Shown here piece by piece: positions 45,246-58,490 of a DNA stretch of 64,000 nucleotides. Origin of the DNA: Phoronis australis (taxonomy: Eukaryota; Animalia; Phoronida); the NCBI GenBank assembly GCA_002633005.1, contig NMRA01000549.1, positions 209,698 through 273,697 of the forward strand, in the 5' to 3' direction. The notes under the pieces were generated by a model that was given only the letters and a program-made list of their open reading frames with translations, made no database searches and was not told the origin of the DNA. Every line of letters starts with the position of its first letter. The first letter of the stretch is position 1. The position numbers were made by a program, and so were the translations under genes.

Positions 45246-48200
45246 ATGTCAAGACCACCAAGTCAACAGAAATGGGAAAGTTCTATGAACATCATTCGTG
45301 GAAGTCTTGATGAAATCACACGACCAGCAAGTAATTCCAGCCGTAATGGTAGTCGTGCTGGGAGCCGAGTGTCTCAGCACAGCAGCACCACCTTCAGGAG
45401 GAAAGTTGAAACGAGTGGAGCTTTTGAGATTCTCCCACCGGAGATAACTCCAGCACAGGTTTGTTGTACAGTCAGCACGAATGAATCGGTGTTGATGTTG
45501 TTGCTGTTGTTACCAATGAAGGAAGAGTGTTGAGAGTATTGAAGAAATGCCGTGGCCTTTTTTATTTTATTTTTTTTACCCAATTTTGTCATTCGTCTTT
45601 ATCGCATTAGCTACTATAGTTATTTATCTGATGTTATTATCCCCATTAGGAGTGTGATGTAGCAGTTGAAGAGTATGACTCGGCTGAATCAGACTACAGC
45701 GATGACTCGTTTGAAGAAAGCGTTGAGTCAAACCAACAAAAGACAGAAAATAACTGGAGTGCAAAGAAGAGGTATCATGTCTTAAGGTTATCTAAACATA
45801 GTAACTGTGACTTAATTGATCTTATATGGAGTTTGATTGACAGCTGGTTAGTTGTTTGTCACCACTAAATCCTTGAGGGATTCCTAAGCTTTTGAATTTG
45901 TGGTGAATTGTTCATCAAAAGGTTTTCAGCTCATTAGATGACACCTCTGGTGAAGCAGCAGAGTATTATGTCACTCAATGTTGTCCATTTCTTTTGTAAA
46001 ATTAAAAAATAACTGTTAGAATTAGCAGTTCCTTTCGCAAATGACCAGCCTAATCGTCCCTTGTGATTTTGTTTTTGCAGCCTTGACACAAAGATGATGC
46101 GACCTGAAGCTAGTAGCAAGTGGAGCTCTGAGCACACTGAACCTTCAGGACTGAATCAACACTTCACTAGTAACCAAATAGCTCTTACAGGTAATGGTGT
46201 AGTCAAACCACATGTTTTTATGGGCAAACAAAAATTGTGGTAAGTTGCGTATAGTCGGCATCCCTTCCCGAGATCCGTTTGTTCGTTACCTCTGCTGTCG
46301 TTACCTTTGCTTCTCTATTGATTATCTCAAACATATTTCTTTTAAATAACAGATCCCAATGAAGTTTGAGTTAAATAGTGGAATGTGCCAGCACTTGTCG
46401 ACTTTCATACAGACTCGCACACCTGTTTGCTGTTATTTTTCAGCAGGAAATTCCTTGTCCGTCGTTTTTTTTGTGAGAAGACTTATAGTACGTGATACTA
46501 ATAAACACGTAGACACGAAGATACATGTCATTTGTGGTGCAGTCGAGGGCACATTTGAGTGCTTTGGTTCCTTTTGCTTCACACTCAGCTATATTTTTTC
46601 AGTAAATCATATAATTGAACTTTTTTGCAAATTGTGTGTATAGTGTTTATAATGTTGGTTTTCACGTTTTCAAAATATGTGATACAGTGTGTTTTCCTTT
46701 AAAAATACTACCATTTGTAACAGTAATGTGTTTACAAAATTTCTTGATCCCATGTGCTACATTTATAATACCTGCTAGTTATTGTCAATAGTTATCTGAA
46801 TGTCCTACCACATGCTCTTTTCCTGAACATTAAGTAATGTTAGCCTGCTATGCATAGACGGTCATTACAGGCGAAAGTTCAGTATGATTTTTCACATGGT
46901 AATCAGGAAATGAGGCTACTGAACAGTTACAAATAAAGTGTGTACAGTGACATCAGTTGTTGTTGTCATCAGGAAATGAGACTAGTAAACAATTACAAGA
47001 AGAATGTGTACAGTGACATCTGTTGTTCATGTCATCAGGTAATGAGAATAGTAAGTTACATGTAGACTGTGGGCAGTGACATCTGTTATTTCCCTTGGTT
47101 AGGTGGTGAGGAGCCTGAGTTGGACAGTGATGAAGAGAATGATATTGTTAAGCAGATCAGGGCAGAGATCACGCAGCAGGTTAAACAGGAAATGAAGGGC
47201 GAGTTAGACCTGTACAGAAAGTAGGTATTCTATTTGTTTAGCCACGGGGAACACAATAATGTCTAATGAAGTAGGTCCCCTGGGTCTATGTGTGCAGTCA
47301 CATCAGAATCCAACTATGTCTAATGAAGTAGGTACCCTGGGTCTATGTGTGCAATCGCTGGGGGAATACAGCTATGTCTAATGAAGTCGGTCCCTCGGGT
47401 CTATATGTCCAGTCCTGGGGAACACAACTATGCAGTGTAATTGTAGTGACCAGAAGGTCCTGGGATACTCTTCATGACTTGTTACATGAGTTATACTGAT
47501 ACAGGGGCACTTTTTGAATGGAAAAATGTTTGCTATAGTCTCTTTTCGTAAAAAATAAAACAATATGTTTGCAGGCAGAAAATGCAGTGTGAAAGAAAAT
47601 TGTACATTACAGTCAGTGTTTTAGTTTGTTAGTAACAGGAGAAATGAGATGTAGATAATAGTTTGATAGCAAAATGTTTTCAGTAACGAGACAGTAATAA
47701 ATAGTCCAAGGTTGGCCAGGTGATGTTTGTCATCTCCAGGACAAACAATGGCTCTCATGACCAGCAGTCAATGCCTTGAGAAAGTCACCCATTGATGCCT
47801 AGTAAGAGCTTTATGTGGTATGTTTTGTTGTTGTGTAGAAAGTTTGAGGCTGATTCTAAAACACAAGAAGAAGATGACCTCGCTGACATGGAGCCAAAGT
47901 TGAAAGAGGCCATTTTAAAAATGCGAAAGTATGATAGAATTTTAAGGAAGAGAGTTGTTCGAGAAAAGGAAGTGAAGCATGATAGAGTCATGTTACAAAG
48001 ACGGTGAGTGTGTGTAATGTTACAACTAGGTTATGTGTGTGTAATGTTGCAAGGACGGGTTGTGTGTCTGATGTTACAAAGACTGTAAGTGTGTGTAATG
48101 TTGCAAGGAGGTTAAGTGTGTCTAATTTTTGCAAAGACAGTAAGAGTTTCTAATGTTACAAAGAGGTTAAGTGTGTGTAATGTTACAAGGACAGTAAGTG

Positions 48201-51200
48201 TTTGTAATGTTATAAAAAATTATTAAGTGTGTAATTCTGCAAAGACATTAAGTGTGTTACAAAGGCATACACTCCTTACAATTGGATTTCTTTCACCCAA
48301 TTAAAGGGGTTTATCAAAATTCAAATATTTCAAGGAGATACCAGTGAAAACTATAACTTGTTTAGGTCTTTTATTTATCAAAAATCAGAATTTTGGTTTG
48401 CAAATTAAGGCATATTCTTTTGTTTTTGAAAACAGAATCAGAAATTTATGTCTTTCTTTGACACGTTGCTTTATTCAGCTGTAGTTAATGTCCCGTCAGT
48501 AACTTGGTAGCAAATTCCCCTGACATTTGTCCAGCTTCACCAACATTATGTCTACGGTTTTAAAGAAAATCAAAGTTTTTGCTGGAAATTGTCCGAAAAT
48601 TATATGAGAATTTTGGCAAAAACTACTTTGTTATAAAAGAGTGCCCCGACAGCTGCCTTGGTCAACTGAGCATTGTGGTCCTTGCTGCCATACTGTTTTC
48701 ATTGTTTTGTAAACCAATCACTCTCGCACCCTTACAAACATGAACTGCCATGGTTTTAAAGATTGGACAACTTTATCTATTTTTACTGATCATAGACCAA
48801 AATCTCCCAAACATGTTGCCTGAAAGCTGTCAAGAGTAAGTTCACAGGCACTCTTTTTATTAATTTGTATTCAAAAACTGAGTCAAGTACTGTGTTCATA
48901 AGTTCACAAATAATCACTTGAAATGACATGTTTCCATGATTTTTTACTTCACACTTTTTATTTGCAAATCGAGAAGTCATTCAAAACTGTATAAAACTGT
49001 GTTAGTGCTAATTATCAGCTCATCTGAAAACAGCCGACAAAGAAGATAAAATTTTAGCTGAGAATTTGCAGGAAAACTGATGATGAGAATTGTGTAAATC
49101 AGAAAAGAAACTTTTGGAATTCTTAATCTCATATTTCGTCGGATTTTTGAAGAGATTCTGTCAACTTCTTTTCAAAACTACTGTGCTTTGCAAAAACTTT
49201 GATATTTCGAAACACTTCTGGTTTAGGTTACCTGAAGAAAGAAATGAATTGTTGTTTATTTGATAATCACTGATGTGTGTTATCTTCAGGTTAAGGGAGG
49301 AACTTGATCAGCTGAACTCTAATACCAAAGAAGAGGGTAAGAAGGAGCTGAAAGAAGTGAAGACCAATACGGAGAGGTTTCTGGCTTTGGCTCCACCCCC
49401 TAAGCACAGCGAAGGTGATGATTGGCTTAAAATTGTAACATTATAGTTTATCTGACAGTTACTAGCCCCTCTTCCTTTATCAGCATTTTTCCTGAAGGGC
49501 ATTTTCAAATAATTATTTGAAATAATTATATAATTATTGAAAAAATTCTTTACACTCAACTGTATAGTCTTTTAAAAATAATTCACCATTTGCTGTAGTT
49601 TTGTTTGTATTTTTGCTGCCAGATGACCTCTCAAAGGATGTCTCAGGTAATATTGCTAAAGTCAGTGTCATTGTGTTTCTAAATCTGTAGTCCTGGGTTG
49701 TGTGACGTGGACACGAGGAGAAATTGCAATGAGAAACCTTCTTGTTTTCGGTACAGAAACAGTGAATTCTCAACATTCCAACCTCACCGACCAATCATAT
49801 CAGTGACATGCATTTTGCGGGGCACACTAGTATGGTACCAAGCATACTCGCAAAAGACTCACACGAGTGATTCTATATGGGTTTGCATGATTCATTTTTC
49901 ACTAGTTTCTTGCACCGCTAAATGTGAGCACTGAAATATTTAGTTTTATGCTTTGGAGATGCGCAACTATTATTCTTTAGCTAAAATACATGTCTTCAAT
50001 AATGGTAATTTTTAACCTTACTTTTCCGCACATTGTAGAAGATCCACAGGCTGGAAAATGTGTACGCTTGGTATTTGCTCCATGGTTGAGGGAGTAAAAC
50101 ATAAGTTCTTTTGCCTGTATGTTGTGTGGAAATTCATGTTCTAAGCAAAATTTGACATTTTCCTTAACTATAACCTTCAATCTACTCTTCTGTTAATTCA
50201 TTGTGTCTTAATATTTTATGAATTTATATGGAACAATTGAGATGCAGTGGCGATGCTTAGACATGTAAGTGTGGTGAGCACGCATGAGTGTGGATTATTA
50301 TCTATTAAGTGGAATGATATGGCAGAAGCACCATAGTGCAGTTTACTTAGGAGTGTTGTGGACAGGCGGTGTGGTCAGGCATTGTGGATAGGGGCAGTGT
50401 GGACAGACATTATTGATGGGCAGTGTTGACGGTCATGGTAGACAGCCAATGTTGATGGAAATTGTGGACGGGCAACGTTGATGGACATTGTGGACGGGCA
50501 ATGTGGATGGCCATTGTGGACGGGCAACATTGATGGACATTGTGGACGGGCAATGTGGACGGGCAATGTGGACGGATGTTCTGTGCAGATGTTCTGCAGT
50601 TTCCTTCTGGTTTGTTTGGTTGCAGGAAAAGTCTGCTTTTGCCTAGTTTGCTGTCATGTCATTATTTCTGCTTTTTTGCTGGTGTGACAAATCTTGGGAA
50701 CATTGAAGTTACTCTTGTGTTATTCATCTAGTAACTCCTCATTTGTTGTTTTCAGGTATCGTGGATGAAGATGAGACACCTCTATCACCTGTGTTTCCTA
50801 CACAGGTGTTAGATGATGGAACTCAGTCAGCACAAGGGGCACACGGCTCACCACGCGGGGCAGGAAGTGAGTGACTGTTGTGTCTTATCAGTGTGCTAGG
50901 ACAATAGTTATGTGATGACACGCTTTACCTTGCGGTACCATCTGATAATCCTACTCGGTTGTAAGTTTGTCATGCAAGAATTGTGTGGTGACAGGTTCAT
51001 AACTTCATCTCCTTTTGGTGTTGGCTGGTTTTGCCATGTGGTTGTAATTGGCGATGTGTAACCACAGGTAGATTTGGTCACACAATGTTCAAAGTTGCTC
51101 TTGATAGCATAGCATCTTCTGAATCAATTTTTAGCAGGGTCATATCCTGGCATTATAGTTGAGGTCTACGATTTGGGCATTTTTATTTTGTATGCGTGGT

Positions 51201-54200
51201 CAGGGTTGTTAACATTCTTAAATTATCCCAGTGTAAACAGTAAATGGACATCCAATTTTGTACTATATCCTTCGTGTAAGTTTGCATGCATTGTGTTCCC
51301 CCTGTGAAGCCATTGAAAGGCTGATCCCAGAATGTGTTTCCAGTTGATATCATTCTATGAGTTAAATTGTCCAACATAGTGCAGTTGTGTATGTGTTAAG
51401 TTAATACCAGTTGTCATCTATGTGGTTAACTTCTGCTGCAGCCTCCTTTTCAAAAGTCTCAAGTGATGATGTTGAGTTCGATGACCTTGACACTGGCAAA
51501 GGAAAGAAAAAAAGGAATAAAGATGAGGATGGGAAGAAGGGTCAACACAAAGATTTTGTCAAAAGGAATATTCAGGTACAAAATGAGCTGAAGTAACTGA
51601 TCTGTACAGTATTACAGCATAGCTTAAGTGATTCAATGTTCCCAGCACAGATCTTCCTGTTGATAGCACAGTAGGTTATTTAGTTGGTTTGGTGGTAGTT
51701 GTGTCATGCCACCTGCAGGTGACCTTCAGCAAGGTCAGACTGTATTGGCTGAATTCAGTGTGCTGATGATTGAACTACAGATGAATTGCTTTAATTTGTA
51801 TTAATGTAGCGACCAAGTTTGCTATTCAAAAAAAAGTTTGCTATTCAGCGTATTTCAGTATAGAGTTAAATGGTTCATATTTTGGCTTTTTTAATGGCTT
51901 TTTACACAGTTTTGACTTTTTGGAATGAAAGCAGTTTAGGACAAACACCATGCCTACCAGGGAAAGTTCTCCATTTTTTTTTCTTAAGCACCAAGTAGCA
52001 CTAAACTATGCCTTACCTTGTTCAAGCCTTGTACCATATTTATCACTTAGCTACCATCAGTTAAATAAATGTTTTTGACAAAAAATTGTGGACATTCACA
52101 ACATTGTGGGCATTCACAACAATGTTAGCTTTTAAAATTGGAAGAGAACGATTTGATAGTTATTTTTGCTTAAAATTGGTAAGATTTTAATATATTGGGT
52201 ATATTCCATGTAACAAGATCAAACTATAACTATACTTAGGTGGACGGCCAATGGTAGAAATATCTTTTTATGTGACTAAGCACTTTGTGCTACTGTGAAC
52301 CCCGGGTTTTTTCAAGTGTTTTGTGTCTGTGTGCAGTTGCCTGACCTTATAGATGCAGATGGTTATTCCAAACTGTCGAGTTTTATAGTTTTTGCCAATT
52401 TTATGATGATTTTCATTCAAGTTGGATAATTGCTTTCAGATATTCATTAAGGTCAGCCATTTTGTGACCGATACGTTTCATATGATATTTTACAAATTGA
52501 CACTTCAAAGTTTATCGAGTAATCAGTGCATTTTCCTCATAGCCACTTCCCATACTACTACCACAGCGCCCTCTCTGATTCTGTGGTATTTACCCACAAT
52601 GCTTTACACCACCCTGCTGCTGACATAACTATTGTTATACTAGTTAAGTTTTGCTGTTACACTGTTAGTTGTAGTACTGAGTTAAAATGTTTGTAAAGCT
52701 GAGTGGAGCATTGATAAATCATTCTTCTCTTGACTTGGCTCAAAGTGACCTTACGTTTCATAAAGCCGAAGGGGACATGATAAATCCTTCTTCACTTGAC
52801 TCTGTTTAAAATGACCTTACCTTTTGTAAAGCTGAGTGGAGCATGATAAATCATTCTTCACTTGACTTGGCTATAAGTGACCTTACATTTCATAAAGCCT
52901 AATGGGGCATGATAAATCCTTCTTCACTTGACTCTGTTTAAAGTGATCTTACCTTTTGTAAAGCTGAGTAGGGCATGACAAATCATTCTTCACTTGACTT
53001 GCCTCAAACTGACCGTACCTTACTAGGTCAGTCATGCGCTCGGCTTTTCTACCTCTGCAAAAGAGGAGATATGTATTCAAGAAGTGGGAATTCTAGAAGT
53101 AGATTTACGTGGTTCTACATACACGGAGATAGTGGTAATTAAAATGACTTTACCAGTGTTTGGAAAACATTGCAGCCCTTCTATCTCTGTTAATTACATG
53201 TATGTATTAATGTTGATGCACTTACATCTTGCATACGTTGTTTAATTATTGTCTCATTGTGTCTTTGTAGTTGGCTGCAGATGCTGGGAACATCATAGCA
53301 ATGACTGATGATGAGAAACACAGAGTCGAGAACTTATTGGCTGATCTAGACAGTTTACCAGACATTCCCGAAGAGGGCACTGTGCCTCAAGCATTTGAGG
53401 TAGGTCACTAGATAATTTTATATGTTTTGTTCTTTGTGGGTTTGGTGATGTTTCTGAGAGTTGCAAATTAATTTATCGTTTTTGTTCTTTAGTAGCCTGT
53501 AAACTGGTTTATGTATTATGGTGCTGATAATCACTGTACATTAGGGACAGATACCTAAATTTGATTAATATTACGTAGTCTAATAACCGTCCATTTCCAA
53601 CGCATAAAAGTATAATATTTTGGAATCCTCGATGACTGAAAAATCTTAATTTGTGCCTTTCAGCCTTAAAACGCCGTGCAATCGTTTATAAATGTGAAGA
53701 TTTCTTGCAAATTGAAGAGAAATTGATGTTCCAAACTATTAAGCTTTGAACATCTAAAGGCCTGAAAATGGCAACAGAAGTCAGTAGAAGCCATCTCAAG
53801 CAATTTGTGTTTAAAGAAATGTTATGGAAAATAAAGGAAAAATAAATAATTATGTTAGCTTAATTCAATGTGTGAAGTGAATATTGCATTTTTGAAAAAA
53901 AAAACAAAGAAGGTTGACAATTACCTGAAACTAGGGATCATCAGTATTATAATTGTAATTTAAATAAAAGCAATGTTATTTCTCCATCTGGAAGACATGC
54001 TTAATATTTACCTGTTTTCAGTTATCTTGATGCTCATCCAACAAATCATTGTGAATCTATGCAAGTGACATAAATAGGAAAAATTATAGTGTTTGGGACA
54101 AAAGTAAAGCAGAGACCCATCTTTCAAAAACGTGCTAAGCATTCTTGTAAATGCTCAAAATTTGTTTGGTGAAGCCTCTACTATACTAGCAATGCTTTCA

Positions 54201-57200
54201 ATGAAGTAAACTTTCTTAAATGTTATGTGTAGAGCAATTTTGTCAAAAAAAAAACATTTCACTTACCCACAATACTCAATTGTGTCTGTATTCTGGTCTC
54301 ACCAACCACACATCTGTTAAAGGATAATCCGTTTGCTGTGGTCGTCCAACCTGGAGAAGGCTTTCTGCCTGATCAGCTGGAAATGAAAGCTCTTCAGGAC
54401 ATAGACTCTAGACTGAAAGCATTGCTTCCTGCCTCCGACTTTGAGTCCATCACTAGCACACCCACATTTAATGCTCACAGAGAGGAATACAAGGTAGGTG
54501 ATGACCAAACTTAACTACCCTCTCTTTATCTTTTCTCCATGAAATTGTTTTTCTTTTACGTGTGTCACGTATGCTGTTCAAGAATGTTTGGACAAGATTA
54601 ATTGTATCATCTTAGTGCAGTACATTGAAGTATATTCTCATTGTGCTGTAATTCAGTGTCTTGTTTTTATCAGCATGTTGTCGTGATAAACACTTATGGT
54701 TTCTCTAGCTTGTTTATGTTGTTGCCTCTGCTCATAAAATCTTTTTTTGTATTGCACTAGTCTGATGTCATAGTAAGAACTACTCCCTGTTCATAACATT
54801 CTTGTTTTTACTGAATTAGCCTGATGTTATGTTTATAACTACTCCCTGTTAATAACACCCTTGATTTTACTGAACTAGTCTTATGTCATGGTTAGAACTA
54901 CTCCCAGCTCGTAACATCCTTGTTTTCATTGCTGCACATTAAACCTTGGTGTTTTCATTAAAGTGTTACTTAAATAGTATAAGCAAATCAATCAGATAAA
55001 GTACTGTTTCCCATCATGGTGTCTAATTCCATTCATAAATTGTTGTGGCATGTTGCTATGGCTTACAAATATTTCATTGCAGAGTCTTTTCACACGCACT
55101 GGCATTCAGACTACAGATGAATATATTGAACAACTGGGTGAGAAGGCGTTGAAGGACACGAGAGAAGACAGAGACTACAAGAAAAGGCTGGCTGATATAG
55201 AGGGAGAACTGAACATGTTGACTTGTGCTGTGGAACAGGAGGTGAGTTGTCAGTCTATCAGAATATCATTTTGTACCGAATTGCCATTCTACAATAACCT
55301 TAGGAAAGGGTATTTGCCTGCATGGAGCTTCAACAATGCCAGTGTTACAAAATTCATCATATTCATGACTATGAAGGAAATTTTCCACCCCAAAATTTAC
55401 CAAAGCAATGCTGACACTGCACGTGCATGTTACTGTATCTGCATGTTACTGCATGTGTATATTACTGTGTGTGCATGGTACTGTGTGTGCGTGTTACTGC
55501 GTCTGCATGTTACTGCATGTGTGTGTTACTGCGTGTGTATGTTACTAAGGACCTTGTGATCACTATCAGTTTTTCAATCAATTTCAAAACGTTTTGTACA
55601 GTATATCCTTTTTCCTATGGAATAGAATGAACAAATATTTACAAAATGCCAGTATTTATGGGGCTACTAAATGCCATGATGCATTGTCCATTCTAAATTT
55701 TAGGTTGTGCTAAAAGTGGATTCATTAAGGTATAATAATTAAAACTCTAATTTTCAAGGAGTTCAATTTTATTGATGGAACTTTCCAACAATTTGTTTGA
55801 ACAAGTACAAGAGCCGTCAATACTAGATGGAGTGATGCTTGTATGAAGATTTTTGCATATAATTAGTGGGATGGGATCTGCTTTTAAGGTACAAGCCATG
55901 CGAAATCGGTGACTTACCAATGACAACTTAACCACAATCTTTTACATGTAACAAGTGGTAATGTGTCGGGAGTGAAGCAAAGTCACCGTCTTATGCAGAT
56001 TAAGGAGCGGAGTGGTGATAGGTAACTGAATGATTGTTTTATTCTTTGATTAATTCCCTCTCACTCTCAATTGCAATCTTGTTATCCATGTAGTACATTG
56101 AAACTTTTGACCTGATGTTTATTTCTCCGCTTCCCACCAGATGGAGTCTCCGGTTCTGTCTGAGGATCAGCTACAGGATCTCATCCAGCAGTGTCTAAGG
56201 ACCATGTCCAGGGCTTCAGCAGAGACAGAGTCATTATCATCCACACCAAGGTACTCACACTGTTTGCACCAAATCTCTAGGCTTCTCAGCTTTCATAGGG
56301 GTACACATTTGATTTTATAAAAAAAATCACTGCTGTAAATTAACTAATCACTTTGAAGCTAGAAGGCAGTAGACATCTTCATTCTCAAATAACCAGTCTC
56401 CATGTATGAGGAAAGTCGTGTATTGCTATCACCAAGTTCCCCAGATCCAGCAGCAGTTTAAACTGACAACTTTACTGTGTACTCACACATTACATTGTTT
56501 CTCACAATCACACAACAGGTGGCGTGATGATTGCAGTGCATATTGCAGTGTGTGATTATAAACCGTAAATAACCCAAAAACATCGTATAATAATGTAGAT
56601 ATACATGGATATATCATCACAGTTTTATATGACATTGTGTGTTTACAAAAAGTTTTGTTGTTGTAGATCTCCGCGCACTGCTCAACTAGAGCTACTGCAG
56701 AACCCTCCTAAACTGTCAGAGGATGTGCTTCAGTCACTACTTACTGAGGCCAGAGGTTCTATAGCCAGTAGTCGTGTCAATACGTACCGCTCTGAGATTG
56801 AAGACAGTGTTAGTCATGGTAAGCAGGTGTGATATGGACTTCAACATATTGCCAGGGATTGCCTGCAGATATATCAACATTTTCTCCGTCATGTTGATGT
56901 GGTGATTCAAAACAGTGTTACAGTTTGTAGTTCTCAAAATAAACTGAGTGAACTTTGACCCACTCAATGACACATCTGATGGAACTATGGTCACGATGAA
57001 AGAGCTGTTTTTGATTTATTTACCAATCAGATGTAATTTTTGTTGTTACGCAACAGCTTTGTTTTTTTATTTTTAGTATCAAGCCATTGTTAGTCTTGTG
57101 TAGACTGACAGACAGACTTCCTGTAAAAAGCACGTGCTCTGAGAGACCTGGTGAACTTTTAACTTAGAATTAACACATTCGACTCGTAATGGTATGGATG

Positions 57201-58037
57201 TTCGGCTGCATTTTTGTGCATCAAGACTTTGTCAAAATGAAGATCTATCCATCCATACCATGACCGAACATTTCTTTATATGTATTGTGCCTCCTTCACC
57301 GTCCTTTTCACCCTCTCTTTGCCCACCCCATGTTCTACAAACCAGCAATTACTGGGGCTGTCCTGCCTCATTTGTACACCCTGTATATTTTACTCCATTC
57401 TGCCACCTCTTAGACACACTGTAAAATAATTTCACTCCATTTTCTTACCTCATACACCCACACTGTGAATTTCGCTCCATTTTACTACCTCATACGCTCA
57501 CCCTGTATGTTTCACTTAATTTTACCACCTAATAGATATACGCTGTAAGTTTCACTCCAGTTTACCATGTTATACACCAATCCTGTAAGTTTCACCTCTT
57601 TGTAGTAGCACTTGCTTACTATATAGTAACTGGAATGTTGTGGTTCATAACATAGATGGCTTCTTGCAGATGATGGTACTGTGATGGAGTCACTTACTGA
57701 AGACAAACTGAGAGAGCTGCTGCATAACTCACGCATGACGTCACGTTCAAGCTCTAGCACTGCTGGTACAATAACCAGCAATGAGACACAGAATAAGAAC
57801 AAGCTGAACAACTCAACCACTGACAATCAACCAGTGTTGAATAACTTGACAAATAATGCACAACGTCCGTCCAAGTCCAGCCGTGCTGCTGCTCAGATTC
57901 TCCGTAACAGTTTCTGCGAAGCTGGAGACAGAACTGATGAGGATAGCGAGACTGATCCAATAGCGCCACATCCTCCCAACAGTGGACGCAAGTCGTCCGC
58001 AGGAAAGTCACGTACCTACTCACCACTGCCGCAGTGA
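45246..58037 (+). CDS. FSIP1: Fibrous sheath-interacting protein 1-like (14 coding exons)
   Basis: Exons 45246-45458, 45650-45771, 46081-46190, 47103-47220, 47839-48003, 49290-49414, 50756-50866, 51442-51575, 53271-53399, 54323-54493, 55083-55241, 56141-56250, 56667-56818, 57670-58037 splice in frame. FSIP1-like motifs MNIIRGSLDEITRPAS, PKLKEAILKMRKYDRIL, NTERFLAL, PVFPTQV, DFVKRNIQLAADAG. Confidence 0.85.
46900..47110 (+). repeat. ~66-bp repeat x3 ending at the FSIP1 acceptor 47102
   Basis: CAGTGACATC.GTT.TT...CAG|G.AATGAG units with AG at ~46906, 46972 and 47038, and the functional TAG|GTGGTGAG at 47102. Confidence 0.85.
47245..47432 (+). repeat. ~59-bp repeat x3 following the FSIP1 donor at 47220
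   Basis: ATGTCTAATGAA|GTAGGT.CC.TGGGTCTATGTGTGCA x3, echoing the donor GAAA|GTAGGTATTCTATTTG. Confidence 0.8.
47990..48265 (+). repeat. 27-bp repeat x~10 spanning the FSIP1 donor at 48003
   Basis: ATGTTACAAAGACG|GTGAGTGTGTGTA; later copies read AAGACT|GTAAGT, AAGACA|GTAAGA and GGACA|GTAAGT. Confidence 0.92.
50355..50580 (+). repeat. G-rich minisatellite (13/26-bp units)
   Basis: ATTGTGGACGGGCA / ATTGATGGAC units in an FSIP1 intron. Confidence 0.85.
52680..53020 (+). repeat. ~62-bp minisatellite arranged as an alternating A/B dimer (~125 bp)
   Basis: GTAAAGCTGAGT..GCATGATAAATCATTCTTCACTTGACTTGGC alternates with CATAAAGCC..GGGG.CATGATAAATCCTTCTTCACTTGACTCTGTTTAAA. Confidence 0.88.
54760..54930 (+). 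repeat. ~59-bp tandem repeat x3
   Basis: CTAGTCTGATGTCAT..AACTACTCCCTGT..ATAACA..CTTG.TTTTACTGAA x3. Confidence 0.8.
55424..55546 (+). repeat. Microsatellite-like (GCATGTTACTGT/GTGT)n
   Basis: Visible 12-16 bp periodicity. Confidence 0.8.
57375..57600 (+). repeat. Degenerate ~40-bp tandem repeat upstream of the last FSIP1 exon
   Basis: CTGTA..TTTCACTCCATTTT..TACCTCATAC units, ~6 copies. Confidence 0.7.
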
Positions 58038-58204
58038 ATAGCAATAGTGGGCTGTTGTCCATCACAATTCCATCTTCTGGTTGGCAATACACAGCTTCAA
58101 TTCAGATGGCATTACATCCACCTATGTAGTATTCAGATTCTGTACTTTGGAACAAATCACTAATATTTTGGAGCTGCAAAGCATTTTCTTTTTAAGTATC
58201 CATA

Positions 58205-58490
58205 AATTTTCTTCTGATTCTCATATCCTCTTCTGTGCTCTTCATCTCTTTGTCTGTTCATGTCTTCATCTTTTCTTCTGTTCATCACTTTGTCTGTTCA
58301 TCTCTTCATCTGTTCCTTTCTTCTGTTCATCTCTTTGTCTGTTCATTTCTTTGCCCATTGGTCTCTTCATTTAACATGTTTAGCTCATCATTTCTTCATT
58401 AATTTGCATGTTCATGTCTTTGTTTATTTATATGTTCATGTCTTCATAATATTGATGTCTTCATTTCTTTGTCTCTTCATCTCTCGGTTC
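58205..58490 (+). repeat. Pyrimidine-rich low-complexity repeat in the FSIP1 3' UTR
   Basis: TCTGTTCATCTCTT(TG) units. Confidence 0.75.

Noticed and set aside
56790-56925. Faint echo of an FSIP1 exon end (ACAGTGTTA) in the following intron
   Set aside because: Only ~9 nt of exact match; insufficient to count as a junction duplication.
57656-57669. Alternative acceptor CATAG at 57655 for the last FSIP1 exon
   Set aside because: Gives a frameshift and early stop; the acceptor at 57669 preserves the frame.
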